From NCBI GenBank assembly GCA_964369095.1, contig CAYJDV010000002.1, forward strand, positions 1 to 39,207: a stretch of DNA of 39,207 nucleotides, given 5' to 3'. A program made the translations under genes and the position numbers. Positions within the stretch are counted from its first letter, which is position 1. The number at the start of each line of letters is the position of its first letter. Shown piece after piece: positions 6,825-13,315 of this stretch. The notes beneath the pieces are model-generated. The model saw only the letters and a program-made list of their open reading frames with translations. It searched no databases and had not been told where the DNA came from. This DNA is from an uncultured Candidatus Saccharibacteria bacterium (GTDB lineage Bacteria; Patescibacteriota; Minisyncoccia; Phycocordibacterales; UBA9973).

Positions 6825-8048
6825 TTAGTAGAAGTGTGTTATTCGAGCAACTTGACCACCTTGTGGGTCAAAGATGAACGATTCCATTGCTTGGATATTC
6901 TTGTAACCGTTCGTGTAGTGCCACCTGTCTGGTGCTGATGGTGTTCTAACCATTTCCACATAGATAGAGGTTGACTGGTCGACTCCTTGTCGTGAGTGGA
7001 TTTCGGTGATGAGGTGTTTATCCTCCTCAACCATCTCCATACGCTTTGAACCGAGTGTCTTTACCCTCTTGTCTTTGTGGTGTCCGTGGTTAATCAACCA
7101 GTAGCCAAACTTAAACGCTACACCTCGTGCTTCAGTAAGCATAAGGTTTGGGAGGTCTGTTATCTTAGCTCCATCTCCGTGAGAGTAGCCAATCATATTA
7201 TTCCCGTAAACCAAATACTTACGATGTGTCATTGACGTGTGAAAAGACACGTTTTTTGACTTAGAGAACCAACTAACAACAGCGTCAGTTAGCATATACC
7301 CAGACATAAAGTCATGGTTCGATGGACAGAAGACCAACTTCACTGGTGCGTATTGAACAAGTTTTTCAATGGCTTGTATGTAGCACCTTTTAGCAATGTT
7401 GTAAGCTTCCCACCACATACCGTCTGTGTCTTGCGGAGTTCCTGCTGTTGTAGTTCGCTTTGGTGTGTCGATGTGCAAGATGTCGTTCCCAACAACGAAA
7501 ACAATTTGCTCAGGAGGAAATGGTAAGGACTTGGTTATTAGTCCATCAATTCCCTCGTTGAAGCGTTGCTCTGCTATTTTAAGATTGTAGCTTTCGCCAG
7601 TTTCTTCTTTTGCAGAGTATTTGCCAAAGTGTGGGTCAGCGGGGTTCACGTTCCAAAGATACTTTCCGCTGCCTTTATATTTGACAGCTGGATATTTCGG
7701 AGCGTGCTTTTTCATTTCCGCAATGAGGTCATCACGGATTTCTTCGTAGGTCATTACACCTTTTTCGTTGCGTATGAAAATCGAAGCATTGTCGGTTTTT
7801 AGCCAACCATGCGACCAATCTCCAGAGAAGCTATTAGCCTCAAGTTCAACCTCAAAGGTGCTTTTACCACCACCAGTAGCTCGTTGGAATCGCTTGCGAA
7901 CATTTTCTCCGCTCAGTTTTGTTCCGAACTTTGTGTTCGCAATTTCCGCCAACTCTGCATAGGTTTTTCCTCCTCCGACCTCCTTATTAAGAGCGAGTAG
8001 GAAGCTGTTTATGTCTTCTTGCTTGCTCATTTTATTTGTGCTTTTCAT
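6825..8048 (-). CDS. Calcineurin-like metallophosphoesterase (Mre11/SbcD-type motif set) with an N-terminal HTH-like extension
   Basis: The motifs occur in canonical order: ADPHFG (DxH), VVGNDILHID, PSNHDF (GNHD-like), YSHGDG, NHGHHKD (GHxH-like). The N-terminus contains YAELAEIANTKFGTKLSGENVRKRF. The true start may be the Met at 8030. Confidence 0.7.
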   Translation of the reverse strand: MKSTNKMSKQEDINSFLLALNKEVGGGKTYAELAEIANTKFGTKLSGENVRKRFQRATGGGKSTFEVELEANSFSGDWSHGWLKTDNASIFIRNEKGVMTYEEIRDDLIAEMKKHAPKYPAVKYKGSGKYLWNVNPADPHFGKYSAKEETGESYNLKIAEQRFNEGIDGLITKSLPFPPEQIVFVVGNDILHIDTPKRTTTAGTPQDTDGMWWEAYNIAKRCYIQAIEKLVQYAPVKLVFCPSNHDFMSGYMLTDAVVSWFSKSKNVSFHTSMTHRKYLVYGNNMIGYSHGDGAKITDLPNLMLTEARGVAFKFGYWLINHGHHKDKRVKTLGSKRMEMVEEDKHLITEIHSRQGVDQSTSIYVEMVRTPSAPDRWHYTNGYKNIQAMESFIFDPQGGQVARITHFY

Positions 8049-8050
8049 CT

Positions 8051-8059
8051 ATTATATCA
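8051..8059 (-). promoter_or_regulatory. Extended -10 TGaTATAAT (minus strand)
   Basis: Reverse complement of attatatca. It lies so close to the ATG at 8048 that Met-7 (8030) would have to be the start if this promoter is used. Confidence 0.4.
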
Positions 8060-8091
8060 TTGCGATATTTTAATAAAATTTCAACACTTTT

Positions 8092-8100
8092 ATTATCCCA
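8092..8100 (-). promoter_or_regulatory. Extended -10 TGgGATAAT (minus strand)
   Basis: Reverse complement of attatccca. It lies 39 nt downstream of the minus-strand TTATCCACAG motif. Confidence 0.4.
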
Positions 8101-8137
8101 CAAAATTTGACAACACAATAAATTAAATTGTTTAAAC

Positions 8138-8146
8138 TGTGGATAA
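8138..8146 (-). promoter_or_regulatory. Perfect DnaA-box 9-mer TTATCCACA (minus strand), extends to TCCACAG
   Basis: The + strand reads ctgtggataa at 8137-8146, in the divergent intergenic region. Confidence 0.5.
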
Positions 8147-8147
8147 C

Positions 8148-8172
8148 TTGACAAAAGGAAAGTGTATAATAT
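8148..8172 (+). promoter_or_regulatory. Promoter-like TTGACA ... AGTGTATAATAT (plus strand)
   Basis: TTGACA is at 8148-8153 and TATAAT at 8165-8170. The spacer is only 11 nt, so the -35 assignment is doubtful. The 12-mer is shared with 6783-6794. Confidence 0.45.
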
Positions 8173-8189
8173 GCACAAAGCCCTTAACA

Positions 8190-8393
8190 ATGAAAACAAC
8201 ACACCAAGTTCACAAGTGTAAAAATTGCAGAACCGAAATAGGAATTGCAATTACCACAATCGGCACACGCCGAAGTAAAATGAAAGCTTGGCTTTACTGC
8301 GAAGCTTGCTCGTTTCCCCTCGAAATTTGGTGGGACAGCAATCCGCAAGCAGAAGACCCAAGTCAAACCAACATGTTTGAACAAAACAGTTGA
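8190..8393 (+). CDS. Hypothetical small zinc-ribbon-like protein (67 aa), uncertain
   Basis: Internal ATG of track ORF 8139..8393, downstream of the promoter block. Contains CKNC ... CEAC. The stop lies 3 nt before the next start. Confidence 0.3.
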   Translation: MKTTHQVHKCKNCRTEIGIAITTIGTRRSKMKAWLYCEACSFPLEIWWDSNPQAEDPSQTNMFEQNS

Positions 8394-8396
8394 GCC

Positions 8397-8615
8397 ATGA
8401 GTAAGAAAAAGTTTCGCTTTGACTACCATCACCGAGTTCCTCAATCAAAAGGAGGAACTGACTTTTACCCTGAGGGCAACTTAGTACGGGTAAACAAAGT
8501 CAAACACGCACATTGGCATGCCCTATTCGCCAATAGAGACCTTGAGGACATTGTTGAAGAACTCAACAACCTCTGGATAGACCCACGTTTCAAACTCACC
8601 ATTGAACAACGCTAA
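8397..8615 (+). CDS. Small HNH endonuclease
   Basis: DYHHRVPQSKGGTD...N...VNKVKHAHWHALF is a typical short phage HNH signature. Confidence 0.8.
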   Translation: MSKKKFRFDYHHRVPQSKGGTDFYPEGNLVRVNKVKHAHWHALFANRDLEDIVEELNNLWIDPRFKLTIEQR

Positions 8616-8616
8616 C

Positions 8617-8709
8617 ATGGGAATCTTCTTCTGGCTCGCCTTCGTCGTTCTGATGTCGTGGGCAATCTCGCAACTTCTCTTCGGAAACCCTAAAAAGCCA
8701 CCCCGATGA
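8617..8709 (+). CDS. Hypothetical 30-aa membrane peptide, uncertain
   Basis: Hand-translated as MGIFFWLAFVVLMSWAISQLLFGNPKKPPR. ATGA overlap with the next ORF. Confidence 0.3.
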   Translation: MGIFFWLAFVVLMSWAISQLLFGNPKKPPR

Positions 8710-9059
8710 AAAACGAGAAAGTCATAACTCGTCAAATGTTCTGCGAGAGGTGCTTCAAAGCTAACCGACCATACAAAGACAACACGTTCATCGTTCGTGG
8801 AACCAAGGGTTACCACGTTAGAGAAGTGAACAAGTATGTCCCACCAGACAAGAAAGGTTTTACACCTCATCTGGTCGCAGCCTATAAGTTGCTCGATGAT
8901 AAAAACATCGCCATCAACAGGGTTTGCTGTATCGTTGGTTGTGGAGTTTCACTTAAAGACGATGTCTTCACTTATCTGAAGGTTTCCTATGAGCAAGTTC
9001 TGCTCTCTGATTGGAACGCCCTCGTGAAAAGTAAAGACCTCGGATACTACCTAGAATAA
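8706..9059 (+). CDS. Hypothetical protein (117 aa)
   Basis: Track ORF with ATG start, followed by tandem terminators. Confidence 0.55.
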   Translation: MKNEKVITRQMFCERCFKANRPYKDNTFIVRGTKGYHVREVNKYVPPDKKGFTPHLVAAYKLLDDKNIAINRVCCIVGCGVSLKDDVFTYLKVSYEQVLLSDWNALVKSKDLGYYLE

Positions 9060-9061
9060 AG

Positions 9062-9085
9062 CCCCTACCAATCGTGGGGGTTTTA
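9062..9085 (+). terminator. Intrinsic terminator
   Basis: The stem cccctac/gtggggg (one G-U pair) is followed by tttta. Confidence 0.65.
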
Positions 9086-9156
9086 TGATAGAATGTAAAA
9101 GTCCCAGTGGTCGCCGACCTTGGGGGTATTTCAATAAACGCCCTGTTCTCAACATC

Positions 9157-9183
9157 ACAGTCCTTCGGGGCTGTTTTGTTTTA
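9157..9183 (+). terminator. Intrinsic terminator with UUCG loop
   Basis: The stem acagtcc/gggctgt has a ttcg loop and is followed by tttgtttta. Confidence 0.7.
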
Positions 9184-9192
9184 TGCTAAAAT
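9184..9192 (+). promoter_or_regulatory. Extended -10 TGcTAAAAT, 6 nt before the ATG at 9199 (possible leaderless mRNA)
   Basis: Read directly. Confidence 0.45.
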
Positions 9193-9198
9193 ATTGAT

Positions 9199-9585
9199 AT
9201 GAAAAAAGAATTTTTTGGTATAAGTTACGACGTTGAAAAACACCATAAAATATACGGAGTAAAAACTATCCCCATTCCGCTATATAGATGTGAGATTAAA
9301 TTATTTTTTGGTAAGCAAACAGAAGAATTAGAAAAACTTTGGAAAAATGATTTAAATTATGATGGAAATGTTAGAGATTATTTAGATGAACACAGAGAAG
9401 TTGTAATAACATTCCCAATCAATAATCCAAACGTTGCGTCTGTGGTTCATGAACTATGCCACGCCACTCAAATAATTTTAAAAAATATTGGGCATAATTA
9501 TTATAATCAAAATTCTGATGAGCCTTTTGCATATCTTTTGACTTATCTAATTCAAGAATATCAGAAAATTAAAAAGTTTAAATAA
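9199..9585 (+). CDS. Minimal HExxH metallopeptidase-like protein (128 aa)
   Basis: VVHELCHATQ is followed by DEPFAY, with the Glu 24 residues after the first His. Same layout as 11101..11436. Confidence 0.55.
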   Translation: MKKEFFGISYDVEKHHKIYGVKTIPIPLYRCEIKLFFGKQTEELEKLWKNDLNYDGNVRDYLDEHREVVITFPINNPNVASVVHELCHATQIILKNIGHNYYNQNSDEPFAYLLTYLIQEYQKIKKFK

Positions 9586-9689
9586 TCTATGCTAAACTAT
9601 AATCACTAACTGCTCGACACAGTTGGTATTAAAATTAAGAAAACGGGGACTGAGCCTCGGTAAAATTTCTTAAGTTTAGGTAACAGACT

Positions 9690-9714
9690 TCCCCTAACGG
9701 GGATTTTTGTTTTC
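9690..9714 (+). terminator. Intrinsic terminator
   Basis: The stem tcccc/gggga has a taac loop and is followed by tttttgtttt. Confidence 0.65.
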
Positions 9715-9718
9715 CACA
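9710..9718 (+). promoter_or_regulatory. DnaA-box-like 9-mer TTTTCCACA, extends to TCCACAG
   Basis: Read directly, immediately after the terminator. Confidence 0.45.
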
Positions 9719-9761
9719 GGTTATGAACATTTCATAAAAATAAAATACAAAAAAGGTAGTA

Positions 9762-9770
9762 TGCTATAAT
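9762..9770 (+). promoter_or_regulatory. Extended -10 TGcTATAAT
   Basis: Read directly. No ORF follows it. Confidence 0.5.
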
Positions 9771-9776
9771 ATGTGG

Positions 9777-9908
9777 GTATGACAAAAGCAACAGATAATT
9801 TAATAGTAGCTTGCATAAGTTTTTTTTGTGTGCTAGTGTTCAGTTATCTTTTGTCATACAACAAAAGCAGAAAACTCGTAATTTTTTAATTGCGGGTTTT
9901 TTGTTTTT
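9777..9908 (+). ncRNA. Candidate ~130-nt small RNA (promoter, long hairpin, terminator)
   Basis: The 11-bp stem 9778-9788/9848-9858 plus a 4-bp extension (9795-9798/9844-9847). A 10-bp terminator stem (9874-9883/9888-9897) with two G-U pairs only forms on the + strand, and a T-run follows. No ORF is present. Confidence 0.4.
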
Positions 9909-10213
9909 AAAAATCAGATAGTAAGAGCTAGAAACTTATCGCTACTCTATAAACAACAAATGATAAATGGATTGTCTTTCGGGAATCGGTTGAAATCTTT
10001 TTTCAGCCCGTTAATCGGAAGATAATTCGCCTCAACATAAACGCTAGTTCGGAGCTACAAAGGGAGGACACTGTGAAAAACCATTCTTATCCTAAAAGCA
10101 AAACTGACACTGGGTAGTGATTCAGTCTATCGTGGAAGTTGAGGAGCTATCTGTACATATGATTTCATTCTGTTAAGGGTATTAACGGAATAAGGAACTG
10201 TTTTCAAAACACA

Positions 10214-10222
10214 ATATCCACA
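10214..10222 (+). promoter_or_regulatory. DnaA-box-like 9-mer ATATCCACA, extends to TCCACAG
   Basis: The TCCACAG end lies 29 nt upstream of the TAAAAT at 10253. Confidence 0.45.
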
Positions 10223-10252
10223 GATAAATTAAACAAACAAAAACATCTCTAG

Positions 10253-10258
10253 TAAAAT
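10253..10258 (+). promoter_or_regulatory. -10-like TAAAAT, 6 nt before the ATG at 10265 (possible leaderless mRNA)
   Basis: Read directly. Confidence 0.35.
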
Positions 10259-10264
10259 AGAGTA

Positions 10265-10540
10265 ATGAAAACAATATTTGAAACATTAAAAGACTTTCAA
10301 CTTCCTGTTAAATCTATTAAGAGTGAGAGAGCAGAAATAATTAAATCTTTCGTAGATGAAATAAATCTTGAAAGAAAAGATACTAAATGGAAACCTGTAA
10401 CTGGAAGAAGTGTAGCAATTCAATTAAGTGTTTTAAAAACAAACTTTGAACTTTACAGCTGGCTTTCACAATGCCGAGACTATAAAAACAGACACGGAAG
10501 TTTTAGCAGAATTTATTATGGTGCTTTAAAAAAGAAATGA
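10265..10540 (+). CDS. Hypothetical protein (91 aa)
   Basis: Track ORF with ATG start. ATGA overlap with the next gene. Confidence 0.55.
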   Translation: MKTIFETLKDFQLPVKSIKSERAEIIKSFVDEINLERKDTKWKPVTGRSVAIQLSVLKTNFELYSWLSQCRDYKNRHGSFSRIYYGALKKK

Positions 10541-10908
10541 CAATCAGTAAAACTAAATGGGTGAATATAAAAAACAAAATTAAGTACGGAGCTAATTGGT
10601 ATGGCAAAAAAGGAATGAGAGTAAAATTTGTAAAAATACTAATGGAAAAACAAAAAGGACTTTGTGTTGAATGTAAGGAAAAGATTTTGCATGGAGAAGA
10701 AACGGTAGACCACATTATTCCCGTTTCTTTAAATGGAAAACATGAGCTGGAGAATATGCAATTACTTCATAAGGGATGTCATTATAAAAAAGACAAAGAG
10801 CATAGTGATAAATTAGGAGCACTTGGAGGGGCTTTAAAACCAGAACGTGGGTCATATGATTACAAGCCAAACACCATAAAAGAAATTTACGAACACTATA
10901 AAAAATAA
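10537..10908 (+). CDS. HNH endonuclease
   Basis: CVECKEKI...VDHIIPVSLNGKHELENMQLLHKGCHYKK is a canonical HNH. Confidence 0.85.
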   Translation: MTISKTKWVNIKNKIKYGANWYGKKGMRVKFVKILMEKQKGLCVECKEKILHGEETVDHIIPVSLNGKHELENMQLLHKGCHYKKDKEHSDKLGALGGALKPERGSYDYKPNTIKEIYEHYKK

Positions 10909-10910
10909 CC

Positions 10911-11000
10911 ATGCACTCAATCTGCCACACATGTAAAAAGAAACTAAAAGTAATCTATTATTGGAAAGGTAAGTGCTATTGCGAAAAGCACAACAAATAA
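10911..11000 (+). CDS. Hypothetical 29-aa Cys-rich peptide, uncertain
   Basis: Hand-translated as MHSICHTCKKKLKVIYYWKGKCYCEKHNK (CxxC...CxC). Tightly packed with its neighbours. Confidence 0.3.
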   Translation: MHSICHTCKKKLKVIYYWKGKCYCEKHNK

Positions 11001-11001
11001 T

Positions 11002-11097
11002 ATGAAAAAGAAAACAGAAAAAATAGCAAAAGAAATAATCAAAAAATACGACAAGACATTTAAAGATTTAGGAGATTATGATAAGGGTAAGAAATAG
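11002..11097 (+). CDS. Hypothetical 31-aa peptide, uncertain
   Basis: Hand-translated as MKKKTEKIAKEIIKKYDKTFKDLGDYDKGKK. Confidence 0.3.
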   Translation: MKKKTEKIAKEIIKKYDKTFKDLGDYDKGKK

Positions 11098-11100
11098 TTT

Positions 11101-11436
11101 ATGAAAATAAAAATACCGCACATTGGATATACAGTTACAATACAAGATATAAAAACAGCCAAAGGAGAGGCTAGAGATTTTTTAAGTAAGGGTTACCTTG
11201 CATGTGCTCATAGAGTTGATTTAAATAATTCTACGATATACGTTACATTACCCATAAAAGTAAAAGACCATGCAACTTTGGGCCATGAAATAATCCACGT
11301 ACTTCAACACATTTGCGATTCAAGAGGAATTGAATTTATTCATGAACAAGAACACATCGCATACATTTATCAATACATATTTAATGAGGCAACGGGGTAT
11401 AAGTATGACTTTGATAGCTCACTAAGTAAAAGATAA
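11101..11436 (+). CDS. Minimal HExxH metallopeptidase-like protein (111 aa), paralogue-like of 9199..9585
   Basis: LGHEIIHVLQ is followed by QEHIAY, with the Glu 22 residues after the first His. Confidence 0.55.
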   Translation: MKIKIPHIGYTVTIQDIKTAKGEARDFLSKGYLACAHRVDLNNSTIYVTLPIKVKDHATLGHEIIHVLQHICDSRGIEFIHEQEHIAYIYQYIFNEATGYKYDFDSSLSKR

Positions 11437-11439
11437 TAG

Positions 11440-11448
11440 TTTTCCACA
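11440..11448 (+). promoter_or_regulatory. DnaA-box-like 9-mer TTTTCCACA, extends to TCCACAG
   Basis: Lies 4 nt after the stop of 11101..11436. The TCCACAG end is 38 nt upstream of the -10 at 11488. Confidence 0.45.
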
Positions 11449-11464
11449 GATTTAACCACCGCAC

Positions 11465-11493
11465 TTGACTTATCTATCCGTTAGATATATACT
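11465..11493 (+). promoter_or_regulatory. Sigma70-type promoter TTGACT-17-TATACT with a CTATCCGTTAG element in the spacer
   Basis: Read directly. The spacer element at 11474-11484 differs by 1 nt from the palindrome at 13738-13748. Confidence 0.65.
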
Positions 11494-11526
11494 CTAACTA
11501 TAAGATTATCAATAACAAATAAGTAT

Positions 11527-11667
11527 ATGAAATTAGGATATGTTGGTAGAGCTGGTGGTTTAATGGAATTTATCGCATATGCAATATGGTGCGAACAAGA
11601 TGCAACAAAGAAGGGTTTTAAGGTCGAAAAAGTATTTGATGATTTAAGCGGATATACCGCTCGATAA
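11527..11667 (+). CDS. Hypothetical small protein (46 aa)
   Basis: Hand-translated as MKLGYVGRAGGLMEFIAYAIWCEQDATKKGFKVEKVFDDLSGYTAR. It is the first ORF after the promoter. Confidence 0.4.
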   Translation: MKLGYVGRAGGLMEFIAYAIWCEQDATKKGFKVEKVFDDLSGYTAR

Positions 11668-11668
11668 T

Positions 11669-11818
11669 ATGGAAAAAGAATTAAAAGATTTACTAACTGC
11701 ATTAAAAGATTTAAAAGAAAATCTAAATGTAGCAGTAGAGAAGTTAGAAGAAGTGTTTCCTAAATATCCAGATGTATTTATTAGCGATAAACAAGAAGAA
11801 ATAAATGAAAACAATTAA
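11669..11818 (+). CDS. Hypothetical small helical protein (49 aa)
   Basis: Hand-translated as MEKELKDLLTALKDLKENLNVAVEKLEEVF.... It overlaps the ATG at 11805. Confidence 0.4.
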   Translation: MEKELKDLLTALKDLKENLNVAVEKLEEVFPKYPDVFISDKQEEINENN

Positions 11819-12155
11819 CATAAAAGGTAAGGACTATGTGCCAGTTGTGGAGCGAGTAAAACAAGCCCACGCTCAAGATAAAGAAGTGTCGATAACAACA
11901 GAAATAGTTGAAAGCGTGAATGATAGAATTTCTATAAAGGCAACAGTTGTATTAAATGGAAAAACTTTCACAGGACACTCTCAGGCAAGGTACCACGAAA
12001 AAATGATGGGTGAAGTTGCATTAGAGATAGCAGAAACTTCAGCGATAGGTAGAGCATTAGGTTTCGCTAACATAGGTCTACTAGACGGAATAGCCAGTGC
12101 AGATGAAATGAGAAAAGTAGGAAAGAAAGACGATGACGAACAAGAACCTTTTTAA
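11805..12155 (+). CDS. Hypothetical protein; possible Rad52/Sak-like annealing-protein core
   Basis: KGKDYVPVVERV ... AETSAIGRALGFANIG resembles the Rad52-family pattern (Y..v..R... aEt.A.kRAl..fGiG). The protein is short, so confidence is low. Confidence 0.35.
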   Translation: MKTINIKGKDYVPVVERVKQAHAQDKEVSITTEIVESVNDRISIKATVVLNGKTFTGHSQARYHEKMMGEVALEIAETSAIGRALGFANIGLLDGIASADEMRKVGKKDDDEQEPF

Positions 12156-12172
12156 AAATTAACTTAAATAAC

Positions 12173-12433
12173 ATGATAAACGGATTTACAATTTTCAAAG
12201 TAAAGGAACACGACGGAGACGAGAAGAAACCAACACACAGTATCTCAGCTAAAGTAGGAGAAGAATTTATCTATATTGGAAAATGCTGGACAAAGACAAA
12301 AGGCGACAACAAGTATCTAAGTTGCTCACTCGACAAACCTTACCAAGATAAAAAGGGCTACAAAGTAGTTGAAGAAGTAAACAACGCAAACAAGGGCCCA
12401 GATGAAGTAGCTAATGGTATAGACGCCTTCTAG
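12173..12433 (+). CDS. DUF736-like protein (86 aa)
   Basis: FTIFKV...KKPTHSISAKVGEEFIYIGKCWTKTKGDNKYLSCSLDKP follows the DUF736 pattern (pdyri....eiGaaW.k.s..g..ylsv.lD.P). Confidence 0.5.
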   Translation: MINGFTIFKVKEHDGDEKKPTHSISAKVGEEFIYIGKCWTKTKGDNKYLSCSLDKPYQDKKGYKVVEEVNNANKGPDEVANGIDAF

Positions 12434-12478
12434 GACGCCCATATTAGCCCCTAAAATCGTTTATAACGCATAAAAACT

Positions 12479-12826
12479 ATGAAGTTTATACTACCTGCAA
12501 TAATTAATCCTCCGAGGCTTAGAAAGGACAAATCTTGTTCGATTTCGTTCGACACAAGAGAGCTGTCTTCTGAAGAGTTGTTCACGATAATTTCCTTGTC
12601 TCAAAGTGAAGGATGGTTAGCTTTCCAACCGAATGAGGAAAATATTGAAATACCCACAGAGCGTGCAGAAGTAGATGAAAAAACACCAAGTGAACGCCTA
12701 AGAGCGTGCCTATACGTTTGGTTCAAACAAGAATCGGACAAAGGCAAGTTCACAGGCACATTTGAGACGTTTAAGAAAGAGAAATACGAGAAAATAATCG
12801 AAGGAGTTAAAAGTAAATTAGATTAG
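12479..12826 (+). CDS. Hypothetical protein (115 aa)
   Basis: Track ORF with ATG start in the same-strand array. No motif recognised. Confidence 0.55.
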   Translation: MKFILPAIINPPRLRKDKSCSISFDTRELSSEELFTIISLSQSEGWLAFQPNEENIEIPTERAEVDEKTPSERLRACLYVWFKQESDKGKFTGTFETFKKEKYEKIIEGVKSKLD

Positions 12827-12828
12827 CT

Positions 12829-13029
12829 ATGGATAAAATTAAAAGTCTAGGCTGGTTGTTTCGCTCGCTAATACTTCATTCTGACGGAATATGGACGGCA
12901 AAAGCTATCACAGGACAATACAAAGAGCATGTTAATTCAATCGAAGTTATCGGAAAGACACCCGAAGAAGCAGTAGATAAACTAATTGAAAAACTAGAAG
13001 CTAAGGGACTTTTAAACGAATCATTATGA
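12829..13029 (+). CDS. Hypothetical protein (66 aa)
   Basis: Track ORF. ATGA overlap with the next gene. Confidence 0.5.
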   Translation: MDKIKSLGWLFRSLILHSDGIWTAKAITGQYKEHVNSIEVIGKTPEEAVDKLIEKLEAKGLLNESL

Positions 13030-13313
13030 AAAGAATTAAATGCAAAGACGTACTACTCGACTACATACAAACCCACGAAGGGTGGTTGAAGAAAGTAGAC
13101 CTGTACAAAATAGCAGAAGAGTTTAGCCCTGAAACCGCAGGAAGAGCCTTACGTCTTTTAGCCGAAGAAAACAAAATACAAGTACAGTATTACGATAGTA
13201 AATACGCAAAGAATCTAGCAATGTACTCACGTATAGGAGAAGCACCAAAGAAGTTTGAACCAAACATTATTACTAAATCAGACGGAAGTAGAGTTTTATT
13301 AGTTAGAGAATAG
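13026..13313 (+). CDS. Hypothetical protein (95 aa)
   Basis: Track ORF with ATG start. Confidence 0.55.
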   Translation: MKRIKCKDVLLDYIQTHEGWLKKVDLYKIAEEFSPETAGRALRLLAEENKIQVQYYDSKYAKNLAMYSRIGEAPKKFEPNIITKSDGSRVLLVRE

Positions 13314-13315
13314 AT

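Noticed and set aside
8139-8393. Full-length track ORF starting at the GTG at 8139
   Set aside because: The GTG lies inside the DnaA-box and promoter block (ctgtggataacttgaca...tataat). Only the part from the internal ATG at 8190 is plausible, and even that was called at low confidence.
8184-8870. Minus-strand ORFs 8184..8444, 8251..8448 and 8523..8870
   Set aside because: They are antisense to the HNH gene and neighbouring + strand ORFs in a GC-richer segment where long spurious frames are expected. They have no promoter or motif support.
11481-11702. Minus-strand 73-aa ORF
   Set aside because: It overlaps a good + strand promoter (TTGACT-17-TATACT) and two tightly packed + strand small ORFs. 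Its sequence is hydrophobic and of low complexity.
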